A DNA stretch of 64,000 bases, taken from contig NZ_JBHSBU010000001.1 of assembly GCF_042650885.1 (NCBI RefSeq), positions 398,679 to 462,678 of the forward strand, written 5' to 3'. The stretch is from Chitinimonas lacunae (GTDB taxonomy: Bacteria; Pseudomonadota; Gammaproteobacteria; Burkholderiales; Chitinimonadaceae). Every line of letters begins with the position of its first letter. Position 1 is the stretch's first letter. Below, piece after piece: positions 53,785 through 63,427 of this stretch. Position numbers and translations under genes: made by a program. The notes under the pieces were generated by a model, which did no database searches, had not been told where the DNA came from, and was given only the letters and a program-made list of their open reading frames with translations.

Positions 53785-56700
53785 GTGACAAGATCTCCGA
53801 TATCCCATATTCCAATGCCTGCTCCACTTCGGGCCGCCACGCTGCGGCGTTTCTGCTTTGTGCTGCTGCCTTTGCTGGCGCTGGTCTGGTGCCTGACGGC
53901 CTGGTATTACCATGGCAGCCGCAGCCGCAGTCTGGCGGCACTCGATGAAACGACCAGGCTGCGGCTCGATATGGCCGAGCGCGAGGTACGTCATGTGATG
54001 CGTGACGGCGCCACCGATGTGATGCTGATGTCGCGTCAGCGCGAGCTGATGATGCAGGCCGACCGGCCGCCCGAGCAGTGGGGGACGGTGGCTGAGCATT
54101 TCATGACCTGGCTGGCCAATAAGCCGGTCTATGACCAGATGCGTCTGCTCGATAACCAGGGCCGTGAGCAGCTGCGGGTCGATCTGGCATCGGGTGTTCC
54201 CTCGATCGCTTCGCCCGAACAATTGCTCGATCGGCGTCAGCTCGGCTATTTCCAGCGTGGGCGCGAACTGGGTGCAGGCCGGGTTTATGTATCCCCGCTC
54301 GGCCTTGGTGCCGAACGCGGTCTGCCCGATTACCCGCCCAAACCGGTCTTACGCTTCGCTGCGCCGCTATTTGGCGACAGCGGTCAGCGGCGTGGGGTAT
54401 TGGTATTCAGTTATCTGGCGCGTCATCTGTTCGAGCGGCTGGCCGAGGTACGGCCGCCCGGCACCGAACTGGCGCTGCTCGACGGCCGGGGACTGTGGCT
54501 GGCCGGTGGTCGGCTCGATGAGCTGTTCGCCTTGCAGCAGATGACCGGTCGCACCCTGCCTGAGCGCGATGCCGAACTATGGAGTCGGTTGCTGCAAGAT
54601 GAGCGCGGCCTGATCGAGCGGCCGGAAGGTACCTGGATGTTCAGCTGGATTCGTCCGCTGGCGCTACAGAACTATGAAGCCTATGTGGCAGGCGTGACCC
54701 GGCAGGGCGACGATGATTACCGCTGGCTATTGTTATTACGGCTCGACGACAGCACCCGAACCGCCCGGCTGGCCCAGTCGGGCCGCGATGCCCTGATCTT
54801 CGGTGGCGTGCTGAGCCTGGCGGCACTGTTGTTGGCTGGCTGGACGGTCCGACGGTTGGGCCGGGTCGAGGACGAGACGCTAGACCATTACCGCAGTTTC
54901 GATGAAGTGCCCTTGGCCGTCGCGGTATTCAATGACGAGCGTCGGCTGCTCTATCGCAACCCGGTCTGGGCGCAGTTTGCCGCGGGCGGCGAGGATTGGC
55001 GCAGCATCTTTGCCACCGTCGATGTGCCGACGATCGAAGCCTTGCTGACTGCACCATGGCAACCCGACGAGATACGCCAGGCCGAAGTGCGTTGTCGGGA
55101 CGGGGCCGGTGAGTTGGGCTGGTACCAGTTGGCGGTGGCGCAGCGAGGTGAGGGCGAAAACCGGCATCTGCTAGTGACACTGAACGAAGTCGATGCAATC
55201 CACCGCCAGTGTTCCCAGGCCGGGCGCCGGCTCGGCCTGCTCGATAGCGTGATCGCCGCCTGTGCCGATCCGCTGCTGGCGATCGACCAGGGCTTTCGGG
55301 TCACCGTGGCCAATCCGGCGCTACGTCAGCTGTTTCAGCGCCTTTATGGCAGCAGTCCCGTGCCCGGCGACGGCCTGGTCGAATGGCTGGACCGCCATGT
55401 CCCCGACCGCGGCGGACTGCTGCTGCATTTCAGTGCCGCCTTGCGTGGCGAGCCGGCGACGGTGCGGCTGACGCTGGGGGAAGAGAAACGCCTGTTCGAT
55501 ATTGCCTTTGCCGTCCTGCCCGAAGACGAGGACCGGCTGGGCGGGGCCGTGATGTATGCGCGCGATGTGACCGAGGCGGCCCGCCTGCAGGCCAATCTGG
55601 CGCGCAAGGAAGAGCTGTTTCGCGCGGTGTTCGACGGCAATCTGGAAGCGGTGCTGGTATTTGAATCGATCAAGGACGAGTCGGGCAGCGTCACCGATTT
55701 CCGCCTGGCCGAGGTCAACGCCACGGCCCTGCGCCGCAGCGGCCAAAGCCGCGAGCAGTTGCTGGGCCAGCGGCTCGATGCCCTGGCCGGACTATGCGAC
55801 CCGCGGCTGCGGCCACGGCTGATCGAGGCGGTGCGCCAAGGGCAGGGCTTTAGCGAAGAATGCCGGCTCGACGACGGTGAAAGCGATCCGATGTGGCGGG
55901 AAATCCAGGTGGCCCCGATGGGTTGGGGACTGGCCATGACCTGTACCGATATCGGCAAGCGCAAATCGATCGAGTCGGCGCTTGAAAAGAGTGAGCGCCT
56001 GCAAAGAGCGATTCTCGATTCGGCGCCTTATTGCATCCTGTCGGTCGATCTCGACGGCATCCTGACCCGCTTTAACCGGGCGGCCGAGCTGATGCTGGGC
56101 TATCGAGCCGAGGAACTGGTCGGTCGCTCGACCCCGGGTTTGTTCTATGACGCCGAGGAGCTGGCGGCCGTGGTCGAATCGGCGCGGCGGCGCGAAGGGT
56201 CGGAATCGCTGTCGATCAGCGAGGTCATCGCCGCTGCCTGCCGCGACAACACGGGCCAGGAATGGACCTTTGTCCATCGCGATGGCCACCATTTTCCGGT
56301 GATGCTCAATGTATCGGAGTTGCACGATGCCGACGGTGCCGTGGTGGGGCATATGGCGATTGCCTACGATATCAGCCGGCAGAAAGCGGCCGAGCGCGAA
56401 CGCGACCGGCTCCATGCGGTGGTGGAAAGCATGCCCGATATGGTCGGCATGGCCACCCCCGATGGCCAGTGGTTCTACCTCAACCCGGCCGGCCGCCGTC
56501 TGCGCGGCATCGCGGCCGATGCGCCGCTTGACCGTCTGCCGCTCTATAGCGGTTATCCCGACTGGGCTTATCAACTGGTCAGCCGGATCGGCATCCCCCA
56601 GGCCCTGAGCGGCCAGCCCTGGGAAGGCGAGACACAGTGCCTCAATGCCGAAGGCCGGGTGATCGATGTGCGTCAGTTGATCGTCGCGCCCAGCACCGGG

Positions 56701-57756
56701 CGCAACCGTGCCGATTTCATCGCCATCTTCAGCCACGATCTGACCGAGGTCAGGGCGATGGAAACCAAGATGATCGAGAGCGAGGCCATGCTCAATTCGG
56801 TGCTCGAAAGCGTCAGCGACGCGATTGTCACCGTCGATGAGGACGGCCTGGTACAGATGCTCAACCCGGCGGTGCGCGATATCTTCGGCTACAGCCTGCA
56901 CAAGGTGATGAGCCGCGAACTCGGTATGTTGCTGGCGCCGGGCTCGCCGGGCGGCGGTTCGTTCCCGCGTCTGCTGGAACAATGCGGCGGCTGTGCCGAC
57001 AAGCCGGGTCTGCAACTGGAGGTCCAAGGGCTGCGCAGCAACGGCGAGCGTTTTCCGCTGGCCTTGTCGATCAGCGAAATCCGGCTCGGCAACCGCCATC
57101 TGTTCACTGCCGTGATGCGCGATATCTCGGCCCACAAGGCTGTCGAGGCCAAACTGGTCGAGAATATCGAGGAGCTGGAATTCGTCCAGGCCGCGCTCAA
57201 TCGCGCCAATGAAGAACTGATCTCGGCCAACCGGGAATTCAACCGGATGGCCCATCAGGACGGCCTGACCGGGGTGGCCAACCGGCGCCAGTTCGACCGG
57301 TTGCTCCATGAAGCCTGGCAGCACGCGGTGCAGCGGCAACGGCCGTTGGCACTGCTGCTGGTCGATGTCGATCATTTCAAGCGTTACAACGACGCCTATG
57401 GCCATCAAATCGGCGATGAATGTCTGGTGCGGGTGGCCCGGGTATTGGTGGCGGCGCTTGATCGGCCCGAAGATGTGGTGGCCCGGTATGGCGGCGAGGA
57501 GTTCGCCTTGCTGCTGGCCGATGCCGACCGGACTGTTGCCATTGCGGTGGCGGCACGGATACGCCGCTTGTTGGCAGAAGAAGCGATTCCGCATCAGGAT
57601 TCCCCAACCGCCGCCTGTATCACGATCAGCCTGGGAATTGCCATTCATCTGCCGGGCGAGGAGGGAACGCCCGAGCATCTGGTCGCCAGCGCCGACCAGG
57701 CACTTTATGCCGCCAAGGCCAACGGCCGCGATCAGGCCCGGATCGCGGGTGAGTAG
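53785..57756 (+). CDS. large membrane-anchored sensor diguanylate cyclase (periplasmic sensor, multiple PAS/PAC, GGDEF)
   Basis: TM, about 300 aa periplasmic domain, second TM, at least five PAS/PAC-like modules, C-terminal GGDEF with intact GGEEF and RxxD I-site (RPEDVVARYGGEEF). Confidence 0.9.
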   Translation: MTRSPISHIPMPAPLRAATLRRFCFVLLPLLALVWCLTAWYYHGSRSRSLAALDETTRLRLDMAEREVRHVMRDGATDVMLMSRQRELMMQADRPPEQWGTVAEHFMTWLANKPVYDQMRLLDNQGREQLRVDLASGVPSIASPEQLLDRRQLGYFQRGRELGAGRVYVSPLGLGAERGLPDYPPKPVLRFAAPLFGDSGQRRGVLVFSYLARHLFERLAEVRPPGTELALLDGRGLWLAGGRLDELFALQQMTGRTLPERDAELWSRLLQDERGLIERPEGTWMFSWIRPLALQNYEAYVAGVTRQGDDDYRWLLLLRLDDSTRTARLAQSGRDALIFGGVLSLAALLLAGWTVRRLGRVEDETLDHYRSFDEVPLAVAVFNDERRLLYRNPVWAQFAAGGEDWRSIFATVDVPTIEALLTAPWQPDEIRQAEVRCRDGAGELGWYQLAVAQRGEGENRHLLVTLNEVDAIHRQCSQAGRRLGLLDSVIAACADPLLAIDQGFRVTVANPALRQLFQRLYGSSPVPGDGLVEWLDRHVPDRGGLLLHFSAALRGEPATVRLTLGEEKRLFDIAFAVLPEDEDRLGGAVMYARDVTEAARLQANLARKEELFRAVFDGNLEAVLVFESIKDESGSVTDFRLAEVNATALRRSGQSREQLLGQRLDALAGLCDPRLRPRLIEAVRQGQGFSEECRLDDGESDPMWREIQVAPMGWGLAMTCTDIGKRKSIESALEKSERLQRAILDSAPYCILSVDLDGILTRFNRAAELMLGYRAEELVGRSTPGLFYDAEELAAVVESARRREGSESLSISEVIAAACRDNTGQEWTFVHRDGHHFPVMLNVSELHDADGAVVGHMAIAYDISRQKAAERERDRLHAVVESMPDMVGMATPDGQWFYLNPAGRRLRGIAADAPLDRLPLYSGYPDWAYQLVSRIGIPQALSGQPWEGETQCLNAEGRVIDVRQLIVAPSTGRNRADFIAIFSHDLTEVRAMETKMIESEAMLNSVLESVSDAIVTVDEDGLVQMLNPAVRDIFGYSLHKVMSRELGMLLAPGSPGGGSFPRLLEQCGGCADKPGLQLEVQGLRSNGERFPLALSISEIRLGNRHLFTAVMRDISAHKAVEAKLVENIEELEFVQAALNRANEELISANREFNRMAHQDGLTGVANRRQFDRLLHEAWQHAVQRQRPLALLLVDVDHFKRYNDAYGHQIGDECLVRVARVLVAALDRPEDVVARYGGEEFALLLADADRTVAIAVAARIRRLLAEEAIPHQDSPTAACITISLGIAIHLPGEEGTPEHLVASADQALYAAKANGRDQARIAGE

Positions 57757-57760
57757 GACG

Positions 57761-58339
57761 ATGTTCAATCCCAACCGTTTCGGCCGGACGATGCTGCGCT
57801 ATGAGCGCCTGTTCTGGTGGTCGATGGTGGTGGCGCTGTGTCTGCCTTGCGTGGCCGCCATGATCTACTTCAGCTACTTCCGTCCTGACCGCGAAGCCGT
57901 ACTGCGCGCTTTCGGCATCTGCGCCATGTTCTTGCTGATCCTGGGCCTGCTATGGGCGCAGCGGCGACGCCATCGGCTCGAATTGGAAGCGATCGACGGG
58001 TTTTACTTCGAGTGGAACCGCCATCAGTTGCGCGCCTTCGTCGATGCCAATGAGACGCTGTGGCTGTGTCTGGAAGATATCGGCCAGTCGCTGGGCCGCT
58101 CGCCGCGCGAAATCCGCCTGATGCGACTCGATCTCGACCATAGCTGTCTGTGCATCGGACCGACCGGGCTGCATCTGATCAACCACGCCGGCGCCAAACG
58201 CCTGCTCGAGCGGCGCAGCGGCCGCGAAATGGCCCGGCTTGCCCGTTATCTGCTGCACGATGTGTTCGAGGTGTACGAGAAACGCCGCGAAATGCGTACA
58301 GGCAGCCTCACTTCCCGCTCAGGCTCGTCAGGCAGATAG
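57761..58339 (+). CDS. 2-TM membrane protein co-transcribed with the diguanylate cyclase
   Basis: ATG 4 nt after DGC stop; two hydrophobic helices then about 120-aa cytoplasmic domain; tracked ORF over-extended upstream. Confidence 0.5.
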   Translation: MFNPNRFGRTMLRYERLFWWSMVVALCLPCVAAMIYFSYFRPDREAVLRAFGICAMFLLILGLLWAQRRRHRLELEAIDGFYFEWNRHQLRAFVDANETLWLCLEDIGQSLGRSPREIRLMRLDLDHSCLCIGPTGLHLINHAGAKRLLERRSGREMARLARYLLHDVFEVYEKRREMRTGSLTSRSGSSGR

Positions 58340-58934
58340 TGACGAGAACGGGGAAATAAAAAATAGAAAATAAACTGCAAAACATCTGCAATATATAGTG
58401 CGACAAAAAACAGTTTTTGAAAGTAATATGTGTTTTTTGATGGAAGACATTGTTGGGGAATCCAGGTTTCTCCTCTCGCCGATCTGCTTCTCTCCTCCTT
58501 CCCCTCCTTACTGCGACCCCTGGCGCAGCCTCGGCTATTTACTTGGCTCGATAGGCGGACAGAGGGACGGACAAGGTGGAAAGAAGTTGGGCAGGGCTGA
58601 CGATGCCAGGGTTTTGCGGCCGTTGAGTACAGGAAAGAGACGGTTAAGTCGGACAGGCTGAAAAGCCTGTCCAGGCTGTCTGGTTTTGCGGGCCTGACTG
58701 AAGAGCGGGCGGCGGCGATAGGAGAGGCTGGCTTTGCTCGGACGCCAAGTGAGAGCACGGAAGAGCATGCTTGTCAGCGCCATCCGTTTTGGTCTGGGTC
58801 GGACTTTGAAGCGGGAGCGCTACAAGCCATCAGGGTTTGGTCTGGCTTGTCCGGCGTAAAGGACGAAAAGGGTCGATCAGAGAGATGACGGGATACGTCG
58901 TTAAATGGAACTCGTGTTCAGTTGCTCGACTTGT

Positions 58935-58953
58935 TAATGATAATACTTATCAT
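58935..58953. promoter_or_regulatory. Fur box upstream of tonB-exbB-exbD
   Basis: AATGATAATACTTATCATT: near-consensus match to GATAATGATAATCATTATC with AATGATAA/TTATCATT inverted arms, about 30 bp upstream of tonB. Confidence 0.55.
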
Positions 58954-58979
58954 TAGAATAAGCTGCTTCGGTTTGTCGG

Positions 58980-59672
58980 GTGAGTCGGATGGCGATTGAT
59001 ATGCGACGCGGCACAGTGCTGGCAGGAGTCGCGGCGGGGCATGTGGGCCTGTTGTGGTGGCTGGCGCAGTCGCACCTCAGTACGCCCATTACGCCACCGG
59101 TGCCGCTACTGGTGGCAAGTCTGGTTGCGCCGGCACCTGAGCCGACACCGGTTGAGGCCGCCCCGACCTCAACGCCCCCCGAGCCGTCCAAACCCGTTCC
59201 GTTGGAAAAACGGTCCAAGCCGATGCCGCCGTCGCCCAAACCGGTGCCGACGGCCCAGCCGCTCACTGCCGTCTCGTCGGCACCATCACCGATCGTCGCC
59301 GCCAGCCCGGCAGTGGAAACGGCACCGGCTGCGCCACCGGCGCCACAACCGAGTCCGGCCCCTGCGCCGGCTCCGGTCGAGGCACCACTGGTGCTGCCGC
59401 GTAGCGATGCGGCCTATCTCAACAATCCCAAGCCGCCGTATCCGCCGCTGTCGCGCAAGCTCGAGGAAGAAGGCCAGGTGGTGCTGAGCGTGCATATCCT
59501 GCCCGACGGCACGGCAGGCGAAGTGAAACTCAAGCGTAGCAGCGGCTATGCACGCCTTGACCAATCGGCGCTCGAGGTCGTGAAGAAGTGGCGTTTCGTC
59601 CCGGCCAAACGTGGCAATGAGCCGGTTGCGTATACCTACGATCTGCCCATCACCTTCTCGCTGCGCGACTGA
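58980..59672 (+). CDS. tonB: energy transducer TonB
   Basis: N-terminal TM anchor, Pro-rich (PxP/KP) spacer, C-terminal TonB domain (YPPLSRKLEEEGQVVLSVHILPDGTAGEVKLKRSSGYARLDQSALEVVKKWRFVPA). Confidence 0.85.
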   Translation: MSRMAIDMRRGTVLAGVAAGHVGLLWWLAQSHLSTPITPPVPLLVASLVAPAPEPTPVEAAPTSTPPEPSKPVPLEKRSKPMPPSPKPVPTAQPLTAVSSAPSPIVAASPAVETAPAAPPAPQPSPAPAPAPVEAPLVLPRSDAAYLNNPKPPYPPLSRKLEEEGQVVLSVHILPDGTAGEVKLKRSSGYARLDQSALEVVKKWRFVPAKRGNEPVAYTYDLPITFSLRD

Positions 59673-59765
59673 ACTCGTCAGCAAGCCGTGGTGGCGGCAG
59701 GGCAAACCGCTGAATCATCCCGCCGGCGCTGTCGGCGGCACCGGTAACACAAGGAGAGTTTTGAG

Positions 59766-60503
59766 ATGGAGCAGAATCCTTACGGCATCATGGCCGTGTG
59801 GCAGCAGGGCGATCTGGTGATCAAAGGGGTAGCGCTGGTGCTGCTGCTGATGTCGATCGCCTCCTGGTACGTGATCATCACCCGGGCCATGCGCCAGATG
59901 CGGCAACGCCGTCTGGCCCGTACCACCCACGATTTCTGGCACGCCCAGTCGTTCGACTCGGCGCTCGAACTGCTCGAAGGCAACCGTATCGACAACCCCT
60001 TTCGCCATCTGGCCGAAGAAGGCCGCGATGCGGTGGTACATCACCGTGATAACCAATCGGATCTGCATGGCCAGCTGTCGCTGTCGGACTGGTTGACCAG
60101 TTGTCTCAAGCGCGCCATCGACGAATCGTCGGAGCGGATGCAGTCGGGCTTGTCGATTCTGGCATCGGTTGGCAGTACGGCGCCGTTCATTGGCCTGTTC
60201 GGCACGGTATGGGGTATCTACCATGCCCTGATCAGTATCGGTGTCAGTGGCCAGGCCAGTATCGACAAGGTGGCAGGCCCGGTGGGCGAGGCACTGATCA
60301 TGACGGCCTTCGGTCTGCTGGTGGCGATTCCGGCCGTGCTGGGCTACAACGCCCTGACCCGTGGCAACCGGGCCGTGCTGGGGCAACTGAGCCGCTTTGC
60401 CCACGACCTGCATGCCTTCTTCGTAACCGGCGCTCCGGTGGCCAAGACCGATGGCGCCCACAAGATGAAGCTGGCCAATGTGGTCGCGATCGGGAGGCAT
60501 TGA
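59766..60503 (+). CDS. exbB: MotA/TolQ/ExbB proton channel protein
   Basis: 3-TM ExbB architecture. Confidence 0.9.
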   Translation: MEQNPYGIMAVWQQGDLVIKGVALVLLLMSIASWYVIITRAMRQMRQRRLARTTHDFWHAQSFDSALELLEGNRIDNPFRHLAEEGRDAVVHHRDNQSDLHGQLSLSDWLTSCLKRAIDESSERMQSGLSILASVGSTAPFIGLFGTVWGIYHALISIGVSGQASIDKVAGPVGEALIMTAFGLLVAIPAVLGYNALTRGNRAVLGQLSRFAHDLHAFFVTGAPVAKTDGAHKMKLANVVAIGRH

Positions 60504-60504
60504 G

Positions 60505-60918
60505 ATGGCTTTCGGTGGCGGATTCGACGATGACGGTCAGGTCATGAGCGAAATCAATATGACGCCGCTGGTCGACGTCATGTTGGTGTTGCTGATCATC
60601 TTTATGCTGACGGTGCCGGTACTGACCCATTCGGTCAAACTCGACCTGCCGCAGGCAAGCAATCAGCCCAGCCAGGTCAAGCCCGATACCGTCAATCTGT
60701 CGGTAACGGCCGATGGCAAGCTGCACTGGAACGAAACGGCCGTCGATGAGGCCGAATTCGCCCGCCGTCTGGCTGCCGCTGCCGCGACCAAACCGCAACC
60801 CGAGTTCCAGCTGCGCGGCGACCGCGTGGTCGAGTACCAGCATGTGGTCAAGGCAATGGCCGCGATCCAGCGTGCCGGCATCCAGAAACTGGGCTTTGTC
60901 ACTGAACCGGAGGGCTAA
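60505..60918 (+). CDS. exbD: biopolymer transport protein ExbD
   Basis: Single TM (MTPLVDVMLVLLIIFM) then periplasmic domain; ATG 1 nt after exbB stop. Confidence 0.9.
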   Translation: MAFGGGFDDDGQVMSEINMTPLVDVMLVLLIIFMLTVPVLTHSVKLDLPQASNQPSQVKPDTVNLSVTADGKLHWNETAVDEAEFARRLAAAAATKPQPEFQLRGDRVVEYQHVVKAMAAIQRAGIQKLGFVTEPEG

Positions 60919-60921
60919 ACC

Positions 60922-61095
60922 ATGTGGGCAGTGCTGACTGTGCTGATCGGTGTACCCATCGGAGTCGGCTGCCTGTATTGGTCTGTTCCGCCTTGCCTGC
61001 GTTGCGCTCGACGTCGTGATTGCGAGCGTGCTTGCGCAAAGGCTGAGTCTGCCAAAGCCATCGTGCTCAATCCCCATCGTCCGGGTTCGCTCTGA
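60922..61095 (+). CDS. possible 57-aa Cys-rich small membrane protein after exbD
   Basis: GGAGGG RBS 7 nt upstream; MWAVLTVLIGVPIGVGCLYW TM then CLRCARRRDCERAC; followed by terminator at 61124. Confidence 0.25.
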   Translation: MWAVLTVLIGVPIGVGCLYWSVPPCLRCARRRDCERACAKAESAKAIVLNPHRPGSL

Positions 61096-61123
61096 ACCGT
61101 TCGCTGGAAATTTCCCCTGCAGA

Positions 61124-61150
61124 GCCGCCGCTTCTTCGGCGGCTTTGTTG
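61124..61150 (+). terminator. rho-independent terminator of tonB-exbBD operon
   Basis: GCCGCCG-cttctt-CGGCGGC followed by TTTGTTG. Confidence 0.5.
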
Positions 61151-61585
61151 CCTCTGGAGGTCTGGTTGTTGCGGTTTGCGGCAAGTAGCCCATTTCCGGG
61201 CAATCTGGCGTCAGCGTGTTCAAACCTCAAAGCGCAGCCGTGCAGCCTTCCTCCAGGTTTAGCGGCGACGCCGATTTAAATCGAAAGTCTTTAGCCGGTC
61301 TGCCGGTTTTTGACCTGGACGCTCGCGCCTTGCCCAAAAGCTTGGCGTCAGTGGGTCCGGCCACAGCACCCCCGGTCCAGGTCGATCAGTCTGCGTGGCG
61401 GGAGAGAGTCCGGTTAAAACGGCGCCGGCATCGAAGACCATGATTTAGTGCATTGCCGAACAGCTCGGAGTCAGCGGGTCCGGGCATCAAGCGTCAGTTC
61501 AGGCCGAGCAAGCCACCTTACTCGTGACGCCGATTTACAGGCCAGTGTTTTGAATCAGCGCCCTGGCTGTTCGCCCATTCCATCT

Positions 61586-62239
61586 TTAAGCCGCCAATGC
61601 CATCGCAGCCATCGCCAGGCTGGCGCGTGGTGCCGGCTGCCGGCGTGGATGCAGTTGCGGCCGGGTCAGGGGGATATGGGCGGTGCCTTGGGCTACCGCA
61701 CCACGGCCACGGCGCACGCAGACCTTGAGTCCGCCATGGGCCGGCTCGACTTCAAGCCGCAGCGGAAACGACGAGCCTGCCCCTGCCATCCGACCCTGCC
61801 GCAGCAGGAAACAGAGCACAGAACTCGAAGCCACCAGTCGTTGCAGGGCATCGGTCAATTGTTCGCTTAACGGCCCATGGCACCAGCCGACCACCGCGCC
61901 GCAGTCGGGGGCAGCCAGGGCTTGCGCCACTTGATGGAGGAATTCGCTTTCGTGCAGGGCTTCTTGCCAGTCGAGCTTGTCTTGATCGATGCCGGCGGCT
62001 TGCCAGGCGGGGAGATAGGGCAGGTGGGGGGGGTTGATAAGGAGAGTGCGGCGGCCATTGCGGCTGAGTTCGGCTAGACGTGGCATCAGGAGTTTGAGTT
62101 CGCCGCAGCCGGCCCGGCTGCTGACGATCTCGGTGATGTTGCCGCTGGGCCAGCCACCACCGGGCAAGGTGGCGTCGAGTTCGAGATGGCCGCTCGATTG
62201 ATGGGCGGCAACAACACGGTGGGCGGGGCGGAGCGGCAT
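61586..62239 (-). CDS. SulA/ImuA-family RecA-fold protein (putative SOS cell-division inhibitor-like)
   Basis: LDATLPGGGWPSGNITEIVS motif and ...DCGAVVGW... pattern typical of SulA/ImuA; no imuB/dnaE2 partner in window. Confidence 0.45.
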   Translation of the reverse strand: MPLRPAHRVVAAHQSSGHLELDATLPGGGWPSGNITEIVSSRAGCGELKLLMPRLAELSRNGRRTLLINPPHLPYLPAWQAAGIDQDKLDWQEALHESEFLHQVAQALAAPDCGAVVGWCHGPLSEQLTDALQRLVASSSVLCFLLRQGRMAGAGSSFPLRLEVEPAHGGLKVCVRRGRGAVAQGTAHIPLTRPQLHPRRQPAPRASLAMAAMALAA

Positions 62240-62405
62240 TGTCTATCCTCTTCAGAGAACGTTGGTTTACCCGCATATTGGTGAACGATCGTTCTTGCGT
62301 CAAGATGGCCCTGAGGGAAGTCGACGAACGGTTGAGGTGGTCGCCATCCCCCCTTATCCTGCTGCCTCCCGGCCGTCTGCACGGCTCCTCACTTTCCTCA
62401 CGCCT

Positions 62406-62891
62406 ATGCCGATCTCTTCCCTCCTGCGTCCGATCGACCAGCAACTCTTCGATCAACTGACCACCGCTGCCGCCGCCTCGCCACGTCGGCGACTCAACCA
62501 CAATTTTCATGCGACGCCGACCGATCCATGCCAGCGCTTTCTCAATGCCTTGCTGCCCGACAGCTATGTACGGCCCCATCGCCATCTTGAGTGCGAAGAG
62601 ACGCTGCTGGTGCTGCGTGGAGCGATTGGGGTGCTGCTATTCGATGAGGCGGGCGGCCTGACGGCAACGGTCCGGCTCGAAGCGGGAGGACAGGTCGGCA
62701 TGGCCCTGGCGGCCAATGTGTTTCATTCGCTGGTGGTACTGGGTGCGCCGGCGGTGATTTTCGAGTGTAAGGATGGACCGTATCGGCCACTGGTCACCGA
62801 GGAATGGGCAGCTTGGGCGCCACAGGAAGGGAGGGCGGCTGCCGTCGACTATCTGGCGTGGATGCGGGGGCAGTTCGCGGAAGTTATCTAA
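62406..62891 (+). CDS. WbuC-family cupin-fold metalloprotein
   Basis: ...SPRRRLNHNFHATPTDPCQRFLNALLPDSYVRPHRH...LLVLRG...HSLV...KDGPY...W cupin pattern; start at MPISSLLRPIDQQLFDQL. Confidence 0.7.
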   Translation: MPISSLLRPIDQQLFDQLTTAAAASPRRRLNHNFHATPTDPCQRFLNALLPDSYVRPHRHLECEETLLVLRGAIGVLLFDEAGGLTATVRLEAGGQVGMALAANVFHSLVVLGAPAVIFECKDGPYRPLVTEEWAAWAPQEGRAAAVDYLAWMRGQFAEVI

Positions 62892-62954
62892 AGTTCAAAA
62901 TAAGTGCATATTCTCTGCAAGGCAGAGATTCGCATTTAAACAAAAATAGTGATT

Positions 62955-63236
62955 TCATGCGGTCGGATAGCGGACCATCTGTTGCAGCCCGGTAGACTCC
63001 GCCTCGCTGGCATCGACCGACTCCACCCGCGCCAGCTCAGGGCCGCGCCTGGCCCAGGCAAGCAGTTGGGCGATGGCCTCGGCCTCTCCCTCGATATGGG
63101 CTTCGACGCTGCCATCGAGCCGGTTTCTGACCCAACCGTTGACGCCAAGACGCTTGGCTTCCTGCTCGAAGCCATAGCGGTAGCTGACGCCTTGCACGAG
63201 GCCGCAAATCCGCAGATGACGGGCAATCGGATCCAT
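62955..63236 (-). CDS. acyP: acylphosphatase
   Basis: VQGVSYRYGFEQEAKRLGVNGWVRNRLDGSVEAHIEG acylphosphatase signature. Confidence 0.8.
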   Translation of the reverse strand: MDPIARHLRICGLVQGVSYRYGFEQEAKRLGVNGWVRNRLDGSVEAHIEGEAEAIAQLLAWARRGPELARVESVDASEAESTGLQQMVRYPTA

Positions 63237-63427
63237 AAGGCACACTCCTGGACAGACAAAGAAGGCCACACGATGGGCAGTGTCGTTGCATTGCTGACCA
63301 TGTCGAGCGAGGCCGGTCAGCGCTCCCGGAGAAAGGGCGATTCACCATATTCAGGAAGAAAATCTGTATTTTCCTCAAGACTGGCTAAACGTCTTGCAGA
63401 GATTTTTCCTAAAATTTTCCAGTTTAT

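Noticed and set aside
62240-62405. E. coli-type LexA box (CTGT-N8-ACAG) upstream of the SulA-like gene
   Set aside because: No such motif found by eye in the divergent intergenic region; only the GAAC-N4-GTTC palindrome is present
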